DNA of 64,000 bases from Thermoanaerobaculia bacterium (GTDB lineage Bacteria > Acidobacteriota > Thermoanaerobaculia > Multivoradales > UBA5704): assembly GCA_036380715.1 (NCBI GenBank), contig DASVEF010000299.1:7520-71519 (forward strand), given 5' to 3'. A program made the position numbers and the translations under genes. The notes under the pieces are model-generated. The model had not been told where the DNA came from and did not search any database. It saw only the letters and a list, made by a program, of their open reading frames with translations. Shown here piece by piece: positions 1 through 9,026 of this stretch (within the stretch, counting starts at the first letter, position 1; each line of letters starts with the position of its first letter).

Positions 1-1
1 G

Positions 2-490
2 GCGGTCGTGGTGGTGGGGCACCGCAGCCCGGTCTACTCCACGATGGCCCTGGTGGTGACCCTGTTCTCGATGGCCGTGCTGTTCGTCGTGCTCGGCGCG
101 CCGTTCATCGGCGTCCTCCAGGTGCTGATCTACACCGGCGCCATCGTGGTGCTGTTCCTGTTCGTCATCATGCTGCTGAACGTCGGCCGCGAGGAGGTCC
201 AGCCATCGGGCCAGCGGGCGCAGGCGGTCATGGCGATCCTCGGCGCGGTGGTGTTCGGCGGCCTGGTGATGCTGGCCGTGAGCGGAGTCCAGGCCGCGGC
301 GTTCCCGCAGCTCACGCCGGAGATGGTCTCGGTCAAAGGGCTGGCCCGGGAGCTGTTCCGCGACTACCTGCTCCCCTTCGAGATCGTCGGCCTGCTGCTG
401 CTCGTGGCGGTGATCGGCGCCACGGTGGCGGCGCGCAAGCCTCCCCAGGTTGATGTCTCCTCTCCCGACCCGAAGGAGTCCGAGCCTTGA
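2..490 (+). CDS. nuoJ: NADH-quinone oxidoreductase subunit J, 5'-partial at window edge
   Basis: Polytopic hydrophobic 160-aa product with the NuoJ-like segment VLQVLIYTGAIVVLFLFVIMLL. Sits upstream of nuoK/L/M/N in conserved order. Frame is open from the window start. Confidence 0.85.
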   Translation, partial: AVVVVGHRSPVYSTMALVVTLFSMAVLFVVLGAPFIGVLQVLIYTGAIVVLFLFVIMLLNVGREEVQPSGQRAQAVMAILGAVVFGGLVMLAVSGVQAAAFPQLTPEMVSVKGLARELFRDYLLPFEIVGLLLLVAVIGATVAARKPPQVDVSSPDPKESEP

Positions 491-792
491 GCGTCCCCAT
501 CTCCTGGTATCTGCTGCTCGCCGCGGTGATGTTCGCCATCGGCACCGTCGGAGCGCTGACGCGGCGCAACGGCATCAGCATCTTCCTGTCCATCGAGCTG
601 ATGCTCAACGCCGCGAACCTGACGCTGATCGCCTACTCGCGGCAGCTCGCCGTGCACACCGGCCAGATCGTCGTCCTCTTCGTGATGGCGGTCGCCGCGG
701 CCGAGGCCGCGGTCGGGCTCGCCCTGTTCATCGCCGTCTTCCGCCAGCGGCACACGATCGACCTCAACCGCATCAACCTGATGCGCTGGTGA
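487..792 (+). CDS. nuoK: NADH-quinone oxidoreductase subunit K
   Basis: 101-aa three-TM protein with the NuoK signature FLSIELMLNAANLTLIAYSRQ. ATGA overlap with nuoJ. Confidence 0.9.
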   Translation: MSVPISWYLLLAAVMFAIGTVGALTRRNGISIFLSIELMLNAANLTLIAYSRQLAVHTGQIVVLFVMAVAAAEAAVGLALFIAVFRQRHTIDLNRINLMRW

Positions 793-799
793 TCCCGCC

Positions 800-2734
800 A
801 TGCTCGATCTGCTCTGGTTGATCCCCATCCTGCCGCTCGCCGGCGCCGCCCTCAACGGGATGCTCGGCCGCCGTCCGCCCAAGGCCCTGGTGACCGCGAT
901 CGGCGTGGGCGCTCCCCTGCTCTCGCTGCTGCTGGCCCTCGGCTGCCTGTGGCAGTACGCGCAGGGGCACTTCCCGAACGACTACCCGAACACCCTCTAC
1001 GCCTGGACCGCCGGCCCGCTGGGTTCTTCTCTAAATATTGACGTGGCTTTCCTGCTCGATCCGCTGTCCGCGGTGATGCTCTTCGTGGTCACCTTCGTGG
1101 GCTTCCTGATCCACGTCTACTCAGTCGGCTACATGGGGCACGACCCGGGCTACCGGCGCTACTTCGCCTACCTGAACCTGTTCATGGCGATGATGCTGCT
1201 GCTGGTTTTGGGCGACAACTACCTGGTCATGTTCGTAGGCTGGGAAGGGGTGGGGCTCTGCTCGTATCTGCTGATCGGCTTCTACTACGAGGAGCCGTTC
1301 CCGCCCTACGCCGGCAAGAAGGCGTTCATCGTCAACCGGGTGGGCGACGCCGCGTTCCTGATCGGGATGTTCACGCTGATCGCTCACTTCGGCTCGCTCA
1401 AGTACGCCGATCTCTTCCCGCGCATCGCGCAGACCCCGAGCCTGGTCCAGGGGGAGTACTTCGCCGGGCTCTCGCTCGCCGGGTTCATCGCGCTCTGCTT
1501 CTTCGTCGGCGCCATGGGCAAGAGCGCGCAGATCCCGCTCTACGTCTGGCTGCCGGACGCCATGGCCGGCCCGACGCCGGTCTCAGCCCTGATCCACGCC
1601 GCCACCATGGTCACCGCGGGCGTCTACATGATCGCGCGCACCAACGTCCTCTATCAGCTCGCGCCGGGGGTGTCGCAGTTCGTGGCGGTGATCGGCGCGG
1701 CGACCGCGATCTTCGCGGCGTCGATCGGCCTGGCGCAGACGGACATCAAGAAGGTGCTGGCCTACTCGACCGTGTCGCAGCTCGGCTACATGTTCCTGGC
1801 CGCCGGGCTGGGGGCGTACACGGCCGCGGTCTTCCACCTCGGCACGCACGCCTTCTTCAAGGCCCTGCTCTTCCTCGGCTCCGGCTCGGTGATCCACGCC
1901 ATGGGCTGCGAGCAGGACATGCGGCAGATGGGCGGGCTCAAGAAGGCGCTGCCGCAGACGTACTGGACGTTCCTGATCGGCTGTCTGGCGATCGCCGGCA
2001 TCTTCCCCTTCGCCGGTTTCTTCAGCAAGGACGAGATCCTGCACGCCGCAGCCGGACGAGGCCAGTGGGTGCTGTATCTCGTCGGGCTGTTCACAGCGGG
2101 GCTCACGGCCTTCTACATGTTCCGCGCGTTCTTCCTGACCTTCCACGGGAGATTCCGCGGTACGCACGAGCAGGAGCACCACCTGCACGAGTCGCCGGCC
2201 GTGATGACGATCCCGCTCTGGATTCTGGCCGTGGGGGCGATCACTTCGGGATGGGTAGGGCTCCCAGGAGATCTCAACTGGCTCCACCACTTCCTCGGGC
2301 ACGTCGTGAGGCGCCCGGCGGGGCAAGGCGAGCCTGCCGAGCACCATGTCAGCGCGTTCCTGTTGGGCCTGATCGCTCTCGCGGTCGCGGGCGCCGCCAT
2401 CTACCTGGCCTACCGGTTCTACGGCGGCGACCGGGGCCTCGAGAAAGGGCGTACGTGGGCGCAGCGCTACCCGGCGATCCACCGCCTGCTGGCCAACAAG
2501 TACTACGTGGACGAGATCTACGACCGGTTGATCGTCCGTCCCCTGGCCTTCCTCTCCGGCTTCTTCTGGAAGGGGGTGGACACGCGGGTGATCGACGGCG
2601 CGATCCACACCGGCGCCGCGGCGACCGAGATCGCCGGCGACGTGGGGCGCCTGTCCACCACCGGCAACGTCCGCAACTACGCCCTCTACTTCTTCGCGGG
2701 CGTGATCCTGCTCTTTGTCTGGCTGATCCTCTGA
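800..2734 (+). CDS. nuoL: NADH-quinone oxidoreductase subunit L
   Basis: 644 aa. Antiporter-like complex I subunit motifs (WLPDAMAGPTPVSALIHAATMVTAGVY) and a long C-terminal helix region typical of NuoL. Position after nuoK. Confidence 0.9.
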   Translation: MLDLLWLIPILPLAGAALNGMLGRRPPKALVTAIGVGAPLLSLLLALGCLWQYAQGHFPNDYPNTLYAWTAGPLGSSLNIDVAFLLDPLSAVMLFVVTFVGFLIHVYSVGYMGHDPGYRRYFAYLNLFMAMMLLLVLGDNYLVMFVGWEGVGLCSYLLIGFYYEEPFPPYAGKKAFIVNRVGDAAFLIGMFTLIAHFGSLKYADLFPRIAQTPSLVQGEYFAGLSLAGFIALCFFVGAMGKSAQIPLYVWLPDAMAGPTPVSALIHAATMVTAGVYMIARTNVLYQLAPGVSQFVAVIGAATAIFAASIGLAQTDIKKVLAYSTVSQLGYMFLAAGLGAYTAAVFHLGTHAFFKALLFLGSGSVIHAMGCEQDMRQMGGLKKALPQTYWTFLIGCLAIAGIFPFAGFFSKDEILHAAAGRGQWVLYLVGLFTAGLTAFYMFRAFFLTFHGRFRGTHEQEHHLHESPAVMTIPLWILAVGAITSGWVGLPGDLNWLHHFLGHVVRRPAGQGEPAEHHVSAFLLGLIALAVAGAAIYLAYRFYGGDRGLEKGRTWAQRYPAIHRLLANKYYVDEIYDRLIVRPLAFLSGFFWKGVDTRVIDGAIHTGAAATEIAGDVGRLSTTGNVRNYALYFFAGVILLFVWLIL

Positions 2735-2750
2735 GCCGACCGGACCGACT

Positions 2751-4406
2751 ATGGAAACGCTGCTCGACCTGCTCCTCGGCAACTCGCTCACCCGGCTGGT
2801 CTTCTTCCCCGCGGTGGCGTGCCTGCCGCTGCTCTTCTTCCCGCGCGGCTCGGACCGCCCGGTCAAGATCTACGTGCTGATCGTCTCCCTGATCGAGTGC
2901 GCGTTCGGCCTCCAGTACCTCTTGACGCACCTGGGACCGGACGGCGCGTTCCCCGTGGTCCGCGACCTCGGGCCGGGCGGGGCGAAGATCCCGTGGATCC
3001 CAGGCCTCGGCATCCATTACGACCTGGCCATGGACGGCATCTCCATGCCACTGGTCCTGCTCGGGATCTTCCTGGTGCCGATCGTGCTCCTCGGCTCGTG
3101 GGTCGGCATCGAGCGCCACTGGCGGGCGTTCGGCGCGGCCCTGCTGCTGCTCACCACGGGCGTGCTCGGAGCCCTGCTCGCCTGGGACCTCTTCCTCTTC
3201 TACATCTTCTGGGAGGTCATGCTGATCCCGATGTACCTGCTGATCGGGGTCTGGGGCGGCGAGCGGCGGATCTACGCGGCGGTCAAGTTCTTCCTCTACA
3301 CCATGGCCGGCAGCCTGCTGATGCTGATCGCCATCCTGTGGATGGCGTGGACGTTCCACAATTTGAACGGCGGCGTCTGGAGCTTCGCGTACGAGGACAT
3401 GCTGCGGCTCCAGTTCCCGGTGCAGCAGCAGATCTGGCTGTTCGCGGCCTTCGCGCTGACCTTCGCGATCAAGGTGCCGATGTTCCCCTTCCACACCTGG
3501 CTGCCGGACGCCCACGTGGAGGCGCCGACCGGCGGCTCGGTGATCCTGGCCGGCATCCTGCTGAAGCTCGGCACCTACGGCTTCCTGCGCTTCGCCCTGC
3601 CGCTCTTCCCGCAGGCGAGCGAGGTGGCGCAGCCGCTGCTGGTGACGCTGGCGGTGATCGGCATCCTGTACGGTGCCCTGGTCGCCTGGGTACAGACCGA
3701 CATGAAGAAGCTGGTGGCCTACTCGTCGATCGCCCACCTCGGCTTCGTGATGCTGGGCATCCTGTCCTTCGACCTGGTCGCCTGGCAGGGCGCGCTGCTC
3801 CAGATGGTCAACCACGGCCTGTCCACGGGCGCGCTGTTCCTCCTCGTCGGCATGCTCTACGACCGCCGGCACACCAAGAAGTTCGAGGAGTTCGGCGGCC
3901 TCGCCAAGGTGATCCCGCTGTTCGCCTTCTTCCTGGTCTTCTCCACCCTGGCCTCGGTGGGCCTGCCGATGCTCAACGGCTTCGTAGGCGAGTTCATGAT
4001 CCTGGCCGGGAGCTACCGCGCGCTGGGCTGGCCCGCGGCGCTGTCGACTCTCGGCGTGGTGCTCGCCGCGCTCTACCTGATGAAGATGCTCCAGCTCACC
4101 ATCTGGGGACCTCTGACCAAGGAAGAGAACCGCGGGCTCCGCGACCTGACGGGGCGCGAGATCGCGGCGCTGGTGCCGCTCTGCGTGCTCATGCTGTGGA
4201 TCGGCGTGGCGCCGAACCCGTTCCTCAAGCCGAGCCTGCCGGCGCTGGATGCGACGCTCGCGGAGTTCAGGCAGGGGTTGGAACGGACGGAGGTGGCGGA
4301 GGCGACGCTGGCCCCTCACCCCCCGGCCCCCTCTCCCACCCCCTCCCTGCCATCCGGGAGAGGGGGAGAAAAATCTGCAATGGCCATGACGGGGGTTGGG
4401 CGATGA
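2751..4406 (+). CDS. nuoM: NADH-quinone oxidoreductase subunit M; C-terminal ~30 aa derived from a MITE/REP-like element
   Basis: NuoM/Mrp antiporter-like motifs (WLPDAHVEAPTGGSVILAGILLKLGTYGF). The ORF stays open through the repeat element at 4312-4383, giving the tail PHPPAPSPTPSLPSGRGGEK. ATGA overlap with nuoN. Confidence 0.88.
   Translation: METLLDLLLGNSLTRLVFFPAVACLPLLFFPRGSDRPVKIYVLIVSLIECAFGLQYLLTHLGPDGAFPVVRDLGPGGAKIPWIPGLGIHYDLAMDGISMPLVLLGIFLVPIVLLGSWVGIERHWRAFGAALLLLTTGVLGALLAWDLFLFYIFWEVMLIPMYLLIGVWGGERRIYAAVKFFLYTMAGSLLMLIAILWMAWTFHNLNGGVWSFAYEDMLRLQFPVQQQIWLFAAFALTFAIKVPMFPFHTWLPDAHVEAPTGGSVILAGILLKLGTYGFLRFALPLFPQASEVAQPLLVTLAVIGILYGALVAWVQTDMKKLVAYSSIAHLGFVMLGILSFDLVAWQGALLQMVNHGLSTGALFLLVGMLYDRRHTKKFEEFGGLAKVIPLFAFFLVFSTLASVGLPMLNGFVGEFMILAGSYRALGWPAALSTLGVVLAALYLMKMLQLTIWGPLTKEENRGLRDLTGREIAALVPLCVLMLWIGVAPNPFLKPSLPALDATLAEFRQGLERTEVAEATLAPHPPAPSPTPSLPSGRGGEKSAMAMTGVGR
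4312..4383. repeat. MITE/REP-like element, copy E (half element) inside the nuoM 3' end
   Basis: cccctcaccccccggccccctctcccaccccctccctgccatccgggagagggggagaaaaatctgcaatgg. Confidence 0.7.
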
Positions 4407-5860
4407 CTCGCGGGGATCTGATCAGCCTGCTCCCGGAGATGATCCTCTGCGGCGGCGGCATCGTGGTGCTGCTGCTGGACGCCATCGCTCCGTCTCTGCG
4501 GAGAGGGTTTACAGCGCTGGCTCTCGTCACGACCGGGGCGGCGGCTTGGGGTGCCTGGTACGCCTGGTATGAGGCTCCCTCGGATCCCGCGCTGAGCTGG
4601 AACGGGTTGCTGGAGACGAGCGGGGTCACCTATGCGCTGACGCTGGTGATCCTGCTGGCGACCGGGCTCTGCCTGCTCGCGTCGCAGGGCTATCTGCGGC
4701 GGGAGGGCATCCTCTCGGGCGAATACCACGCCCTGCTCCTCTGGTGCGCCACCGGGCTGGTGCTCATGCTGCGCGCCACCGAGCTGCTGACGGTCTTCCT
4801 GTCGCTGGAGCTGCTCTCGCTCTGCCTCTACTCGCTCGCGGTCTTCCACCGGCGGATTGCGGTGGCGTCCGAGGCGGCGATCAAGTACTTCCTGATGGGC
4901 GCCTTCGTCAGCGCCTTCGTCCTCTACGGCATCGCCCTGGTCTTCGGCGGCACGGGGAGCACCCGGTTCGCGGAGATCGGACAGGCGCTGGCGGGCATGC
5001 CGGAGGTCCCAGTCACGGTCAGCTTCGGCTTCCTGCTGCTGGTCGCCGGCTTCGGCTTCAAAATGAGTGTGGTCCCCTTCCACGCCTGGTCGCCGGACAC
5101 CTACCAGGGAGCGCCGTCGCCGTTCGTGGCGTTCCTGTCCGTGGCGCCCAAGGTGGCGAGCGCGCTGGTGCTCTACCGCCTGCTCGACGCGGTCGTGCAG
5201 GCCGGCGCTCCGAACGTCCAGGTCAAATGGTCCGGCGTGGTGGCCGCCCTGGCGGTCTTCTCCATGGTGGTCGGCAACCTCCTGGCCCTGGTGCAGCGCG
5301 ATATCAAGCGCATGCTCGCCTACTCGGGCGTGGCGCACATGGGCTACCTGCTGCTGGCTCTGGTGACCCTCGACCGGTCGTCGCTCGCTCCGGTGATCGT
5401 CTACCTGCTCGCCTACGTGCTGATGAATGCTGGCGCTTTCGCGGTGGTGAGCATGCTCTACAGCCGGCCGGGCGAGCAGCACCTGATCTCCGACCTGTCC
5501 GGCTGGGGCTACCGCTATCCGCTCCTCGGCGGCTGCCTGGCGGTCTGCATGCTGTCGCTCGGCGGCATCCCGCCGACCGTCGGTTTCGTGGGCAAGTACC
5601 TGGTCTTCCTCAACGCGGTGGGCGACGGGCTGGTCGGCCTGGCGGTCCTCGGCGTGCTGGCGAGCCTCATCGGCGTCTTCTACTACCTGCGGGTGGTGTA
5701 CGTGCTCTACATGCAGCCGGAGGAGCGGCAGCCGGAAGGACTGCTCATCGACTTCTGGGGCCGTGCCGCCGCGGTGCTCGCGGCTCTGGGCACCCTGGTG
5801 CTCGGCATCTGGCCTGGCGGGATTCTGCAGTGGCTACTCGAGACGACCGCAGCCAAGTAG
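4403..5860 (+). CDS. nuoN: NADH-quinone oxidoreductase subunit N
   Basis: 485-aa polytopic protein of the NuoN family (FHAWSPDTYQGAPSPFVAFLSVAPK). Last subunit of the operon order J-K-L-M-N. ATG at 4403 inside the longer track ORF. Confidence 0.9.
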   Translation: MTRGDLISLLPEMILCGGGIVVLLLDAIAPSLRRGFTALALVTTGAAAWGAWYAWYEAPSDPALSWNGLLETSGVTYALTLVILLATGLCLLASQGYLRREGILSGEYHALLLWCATGLVLMLRATELLTVFLSLELLSLCLYSLAVFHRRIAVASEAAIKYFLMGAFVSAFVLYGIALVFGGTGSTRFAEIGQALAGMPEVPVTVSFGFLLLVAGFGFKMSVVPFHAWSPDTYQGAPSPFVAFLSVAPKVASALVLYRLLDAVVQAGAPNVQVKWSGVVAALAVFSMVVGNLLALVQRDIKRMLAYSGVAHMGYLLLALVTLDRSSLAPVIVYLLAYVLMNAGAFAVVSMLYSRPGEQHLISDLSGWGYRYPLLGGCLAVCMLSLGGIPPTVGFVGKYLVFLNAVGDGLVGLAVLGVLASLIGVFYYLRVVYVLYMQPEERQPEGLLIDFWGRAAAVLAALGTLVLGIWPGGILQWLLETTAAK

Positions 5861-6483
5861 CCGACACGGAGGAGGTCTCTCCTCTCACCCTCAACCGGCT
5901 CTCCTTCTATCTGAGGTGCCTGCGCCACCTCCAGGAGACGGGAGTCAAGCGCGTCTCCTCGCAGGAGCTGGCGAAGCGGTACCACCTCTCCGCCACCCAG
6001 ATCCGCAAGGACCTGGCGCAGTTCGGCGAGTTCGGCATCCGCGGCGTCGGCTACGAGGTCGACGAGCTCGCCGATCACCTGAACTCGCTCCTCGGCCTCG
6101 ACCGCAAGCACGCCATGCTGATCGTGGGGATGGGAAACCTGGGGAGCGCCCTCGCCCAGTATCTCGGCTTCAACTACGGCTCCTTCCAGGTGGTGGCCGG
6201 AGTGGACAACGACCCCCGGAAGATCGGCCGCAAGGTGGGGAGCTTCACCGTCCGCTCGGCCGACGATCTGGCCGCCGTGGTCCGGGACTCGGGCGCCGAG
6301 ATCGGCGTGCTGACCGTCCCCGCCGAAGCCGCGCAGCAGAACTACGACGCCCTGGCCGAAGCCGGCATCAAGGCCGTCCTCAACTTCGCCCCCGTCCGCC
6401 TCAAGCGCCGCCACGGCGTCCCTCTCAAGAACGTCGACCTGCGGATCAACCTGGAGGAGCTGGCGTTCTTCCTGCGGGGGTGA
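5830..6483 (+). CDS. rex: Redox-sensing transcriptional repressor Rex
   Basis: Winged-helix N-terminus (LSFYLRCLRHLQETGVKRVSSQELAKRYHLSATQIRKDLAQFGEFGIRGVGYEV) followed by a Rossmann fold (MLIVGMGNLGSALAQY...IGVLTVPAEAAQ). Start uncertain: GTG at 5830 overlaps the nuoN end, and no ATG lies in frame after the nuoN stop. Confidence 0.75.
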   Translation: MATRDDRSQVADTEEVSPLTLNRLSFYLRCLRHLQETGVKRVSSQELAKRYHLSATQIRKDLAQFGEFGIRGVGYEVDELADHLNSLLGLDRKHAMLIVGMGNLGSALAQYLGFNYGSFQVVAGVDNDPRKIGRKVGSFTVRSADDLAAVVRDSGAEIGVLTVPAEAAQQNYDALAEAGIKAVLNFAPVRLKRRHGVPLKNVDLRINLEELAFFLRG

Positions 6484-6510
6484 GGCCGGTTTGAGCTAAA
6501 CTGAGGGTCC

Positions 6511-6738
6511 ATGAAGAAGGCTGAGATCGAGAAGCTTTTGGAGCTCCCCGTCGCCGAGAGGATCGAGTTGGCCCAGATTCTCTGGGAGAGTGTCGAGCCC
6601 GAGGACGAAGCCCGTTTCCTGTCGATCCCCGACTGGCAGTCCAGAATCCTCGACGAACGCCTCGCCGATCTCGACCGCAATCCGGGCGACGAGCAGACCT
6701 GGGACGAAGTCAAAGCAGAGCTCTGGCCCGAGCAATGA
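6511..6738 (+). CDS. Putative addiction-module antitoxin, TIGR02574-like
   Basis: 75 aa. The pattern AEIEKLLELPVAERIELAQILWESV...DEVKAELWPE matches this antitoxin family. ATGA overlap with the downstream ParE/RelE-like ORF. Confidence 0.7.
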   Translation: MKKAEIEKLLELPVAERIELAQILWESVEPEDEARFLSIPDWQSRILDERLADLDRNPGDEQTWDEVKAELWPEQ

Positions 6739-6950
6739 GGCTGGTGCTCCGCCGTGCGGCGAAGCGCGACCTGTTCGAAGCCCGCCGCGGGTACGACGAC
6801 AGGCAGCCGGGGCTCGGCGCTTCATTTCTGACCTCCATTGAGGCAGCCTTTGTAACGATCCTGCACGTGGGCGACACCACAAGCAACGCCATCGGTCTAA
6901 TGGTCCGTCACGCGGGAACCGACACCGGCCGCGTTCCGCTCACGAATTGA
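6735..6950 (+). pseudogene. ParE/RelE-like toxin, truncated; only the N-terminal ~45 aa look toxin-like
   Basis: The N-terminus MRLVLRRAAKRDLFEARRGYDDRQPGLGASFLTSIEAAF matches the ParE/RelE toxin N-terminal pattern. The C-terminal part is unrelated and the ORF ends 3 nt after the start of the next gene. Consistent with disruption by the inserted block 6.9-8.9 kb. Confidence 0.5.
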
Positions 6951-8581
6951 AAGGTACCCCTATGACCTTACGATTATCCCGCCGCCGCGCTATGCAAACG
7001 ACACTGTCTGCCGCCGCGGTAGCCACCCTGCCCCGTGACCGCGCCGTCGCCCGTCAGTCGACACCGATCGTGGTCAACGAGGCGATGATTACTCCTGACC
7101 AGGTCGAGGCCGCCCTGCCCAAACTTGACGGCCTGCTCGAGGACGCGATGATGCGTACCGGCGTGCCCGGCGCGGCTGTCGCCGTCGTCTACGACGACGC
7201 GGTCGTCTACGAGCGGGCCTTTGGCGTCCGCGAGGTGGGCAAACCCGATGCGGTCACGCCGGAGACGGTATTTCAGCTCGCCTCGATGTCCAAGTCGATC
7301 TCCTCGACACTGGTCGCCGCGGTGGTCGGCGACGGCGCCACGACCTGGGACGCTGTGGCGGCCGACCTACTCCCCGGGTTCGCGCTATCCGATCCATGGT
7401 TGAGCGCCCAGGTCACCCTGCGCGACCTCTTCAGCCACCGCTCCGGACTGCCGGCCTATGCCGGGGACGGCCTGACCTCGACCTTCGGGTACGGGCGCGA
7501 GGAGAGCGTGCGCCGGCTGCGCTATGTGCCACCTGCAACCTCGCTTCGTACGTCCTTCGCCTACGCGAACCTGCCACTTTCCGTCGCGGCCTACGCGGTG
7601 GCCATGGCAACCGGACAGACCTGGGAGGACCTCGCCGATGAGCGGCTGTTCGCACCGCTCGGGATGGCCACCTCCAGCTACCGTCTTGCTGACTACGTGG
7701 GCCGGACAAACAAGGCCGCCCCGCACTACCGAACGCGAGACGGCGTCTGGCCCCTGGGCGAAGTCACCGACGCCGACGCCTCGTCGCCGGCAGGCGGGGT
7801 CAGCACCACCGTGCAGGACCTGACACGCTGGATGCGGCTGCAATTGGGCGGTGGAGTGTTCGAGGGGGCTGAGGTGGTGGCCAGCGCGCCGCTGCTTGAG
7901 ACCCGCAGACCGCAGATCCTCGCGGGATCGCCGCCGAATCCGGCGGATGGGCCGGCGTTGTTCTACGGGCTGGGCTGGTACCTGCAGTACGACGAGCGGG
8001 GCCGTCTCCTCATGCACCACATCGGCGATTTCAACAGCGGCTTCCGGACAGGGGTGAGTCTGCTGCCCGCCGCCGGACTTGGCATCGTGGTGCTGAGCAA
8101 TGCCTGGCCCAACTCGCTTTCGGACGCGATTCCCAAGGCGTTCTTCGAGGTCGTCGAGCGGGGCGAACCGACCGAGGACTGGATCGGCATCTTCGAGGCC
8201 CAAACCGCTGAGGCGCTGGCCGCGGTGAGCGCCGCTGCACCATTCCCTCGGGGTGACGCGCCCGCCGACGGACCGCCGCTGTCGCTTGATGCCTACACCG
8301 GTTCTTACACCAACGAGTTGTACGGCGATATTACCGTTCGGGAAGAGAACGGCGGCCTCGTGCTGGAATTCGGACCGCTACCGTCCCAGCTCGAGTTGGA
8401 ACACTGGGACCGAGACGTGTTCACGTTTCCGCTCCCGCCAAGCGGCGAAGTGCTGCTGGGCAAACTCGGCGTGCAGTTCATGATCGGGCCATCCAGGAAG
8501 GCAACGACAGCAGCGCTGGGGCTACCGACAGTAGGTCCAGACGCAAACGCGCTCTTCACCCGGATGGAGTCCGAGGGATGA
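6947..8581 (+). CDS. Beta-lactamase-family serine hydrolase with Tat signal peptide and C-terminal extension domain
   Basis: Twin-arginine signal (LSRRRAMQTTLSAAAVATLP). SxxK active-site motif (ASMSKSISS). AmpC/PBP4/esterase-like fold length plus a ~150-aa C-terminal domain. Confidence 0.8.
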   Translation: MKGTPMTLRLSRRRAMQTTLSAAAVATLPRDRAVARQSTPIVVNEAMITPDQVEAALPKLDGLLEDAMMRTGVPGAAVAVVYDDAVVYERAFGVREVGKPDAVTPETVFQLASMSKSISSTLVAAVVGDGATTWDAVAADLLPGFALSDPWLSAQVTLRDLFSHRSGLPAYAGDGLTSTFGYGREESVRRLRYVPPATSLRTSFAYANLPLSVAAYAVAMATGQTWEDLADERLFAPLGMATSSYRLADYVGRTNKAAPHYRTRDGVWPLGEVTDADASSPAGGVSTTVQDLTRWMRLQLGGGVFEGAEVVASAPLLETRRPQILAGSPPNPADGPALFYGLGWYLQYDERGRLLMHHIGDFNSGFRTGVSLLPAAGLGIVVLSNAWPNSLSDAIPKAFFEVVERGEPTEDWIGIFEAQTAEALAAVSAAAPFPRGDAPADGPPLSLDAYTGSYTNELYGDITVREENGGLVLEFGPLPSQLELEHWDRDVFTFPLPPSGEVLLGKLGVQFMIGPSRKATTAALGLPTVGPDANALFTRMESEG

Positions 8582-8685
8582 CAGGCGCAGGACCTATCCA
8601 GGGCAACAGCGCGGGGCTATCTCGTACTTGGCCATCAACAGGGAGCAAGCCCCCCAAGGCTGGAATCTCGAAACGGAGAGCATGC

Positions 8686-8946
8686 ATGCATCGGATCCTA
8701 CAGGTGACCTTCGGCATCGCCTTGGTCCTGCTGCTCATAGCCCCCACCGGTATCCTTGCCACCGCGGCGGCTCCCTCGCCAGTCGCGGCCGTCGCCGCAT
8801 CCGAGATCGCCTGGCAGCCCTGTGCGACCGACCCGCTGCCCACCCAGGAGTGCGCCGAACTCGCAGTTCCCCTGGATTACGACGAGCCGGATGGGGCGTC
8901 GATCACCTTGGCCGTGGCGCAGGTTCCCGCGACTGACTTGGGATGA
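8686..8946 (+). pseudogene. 5' fragment of a secreted TAP-like alpha/beta hydrolase (S33 family), truncated
   Basis: Signal peptide plus EIAWQPCATDPLPTQECAELAVPLDYDEPDGASITLAVAQVPA, the typical N-terminus of tripeptidyl-aminopeptidase-like hydrolases. No catalytic domain follows. Immediately followed by a duplicated antitoxin tail. Confidence 0.5.
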
Positions 8947-8980
8947 AGTGAAGGCAGAACTCTGGCCTGAGCCGTCGTAG
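8935..8980 (+). repeat. Divergent second copy (~85% identical) of the antitoxin 3' end seen at 6698-6738
   Basis: gacttgggatgaagtgaaggcagaactctggcctgag here versus acctgggacgaagtcaaagcagagctctggcccgag at 6698. Both encode WDEVKAELWPE. Confidence 0.7.
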
Positions 8981-9006
8981 GGGCGCAGCATACTGCGCGC
9001 CCCTAC
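8977..9006. terminator. GC-rich hairpin between convergent genes
   Basis: gtaggggcgc-agcatact-gcgcgcccctac, a 10-12 bp perfect stem. Lies downstream of the minus-strand S51 peptidase gene. Confidence 0.4.
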
Positions 9007-9026
9007 GATCTCTGGAGGAGACGCGA

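Noticed and set aside
2349-5482. Long minus-strand ORFs (656 aa and 388 aa) antisense to nuoM/nuoN
   Set aside because: Arg/Gly/Pro/Glu/Asp-rich low-complexity translations typical of antisense frames in high-GC DNA. The sense strand encodes well-recognised complex I subunits.
6735-6950. Intact ParE/RelE toxin
   Set aside because: Only the first ~45 residues fit the family. The remainder diverges and abuts an inserted gene. Called a truncated pseudogene.
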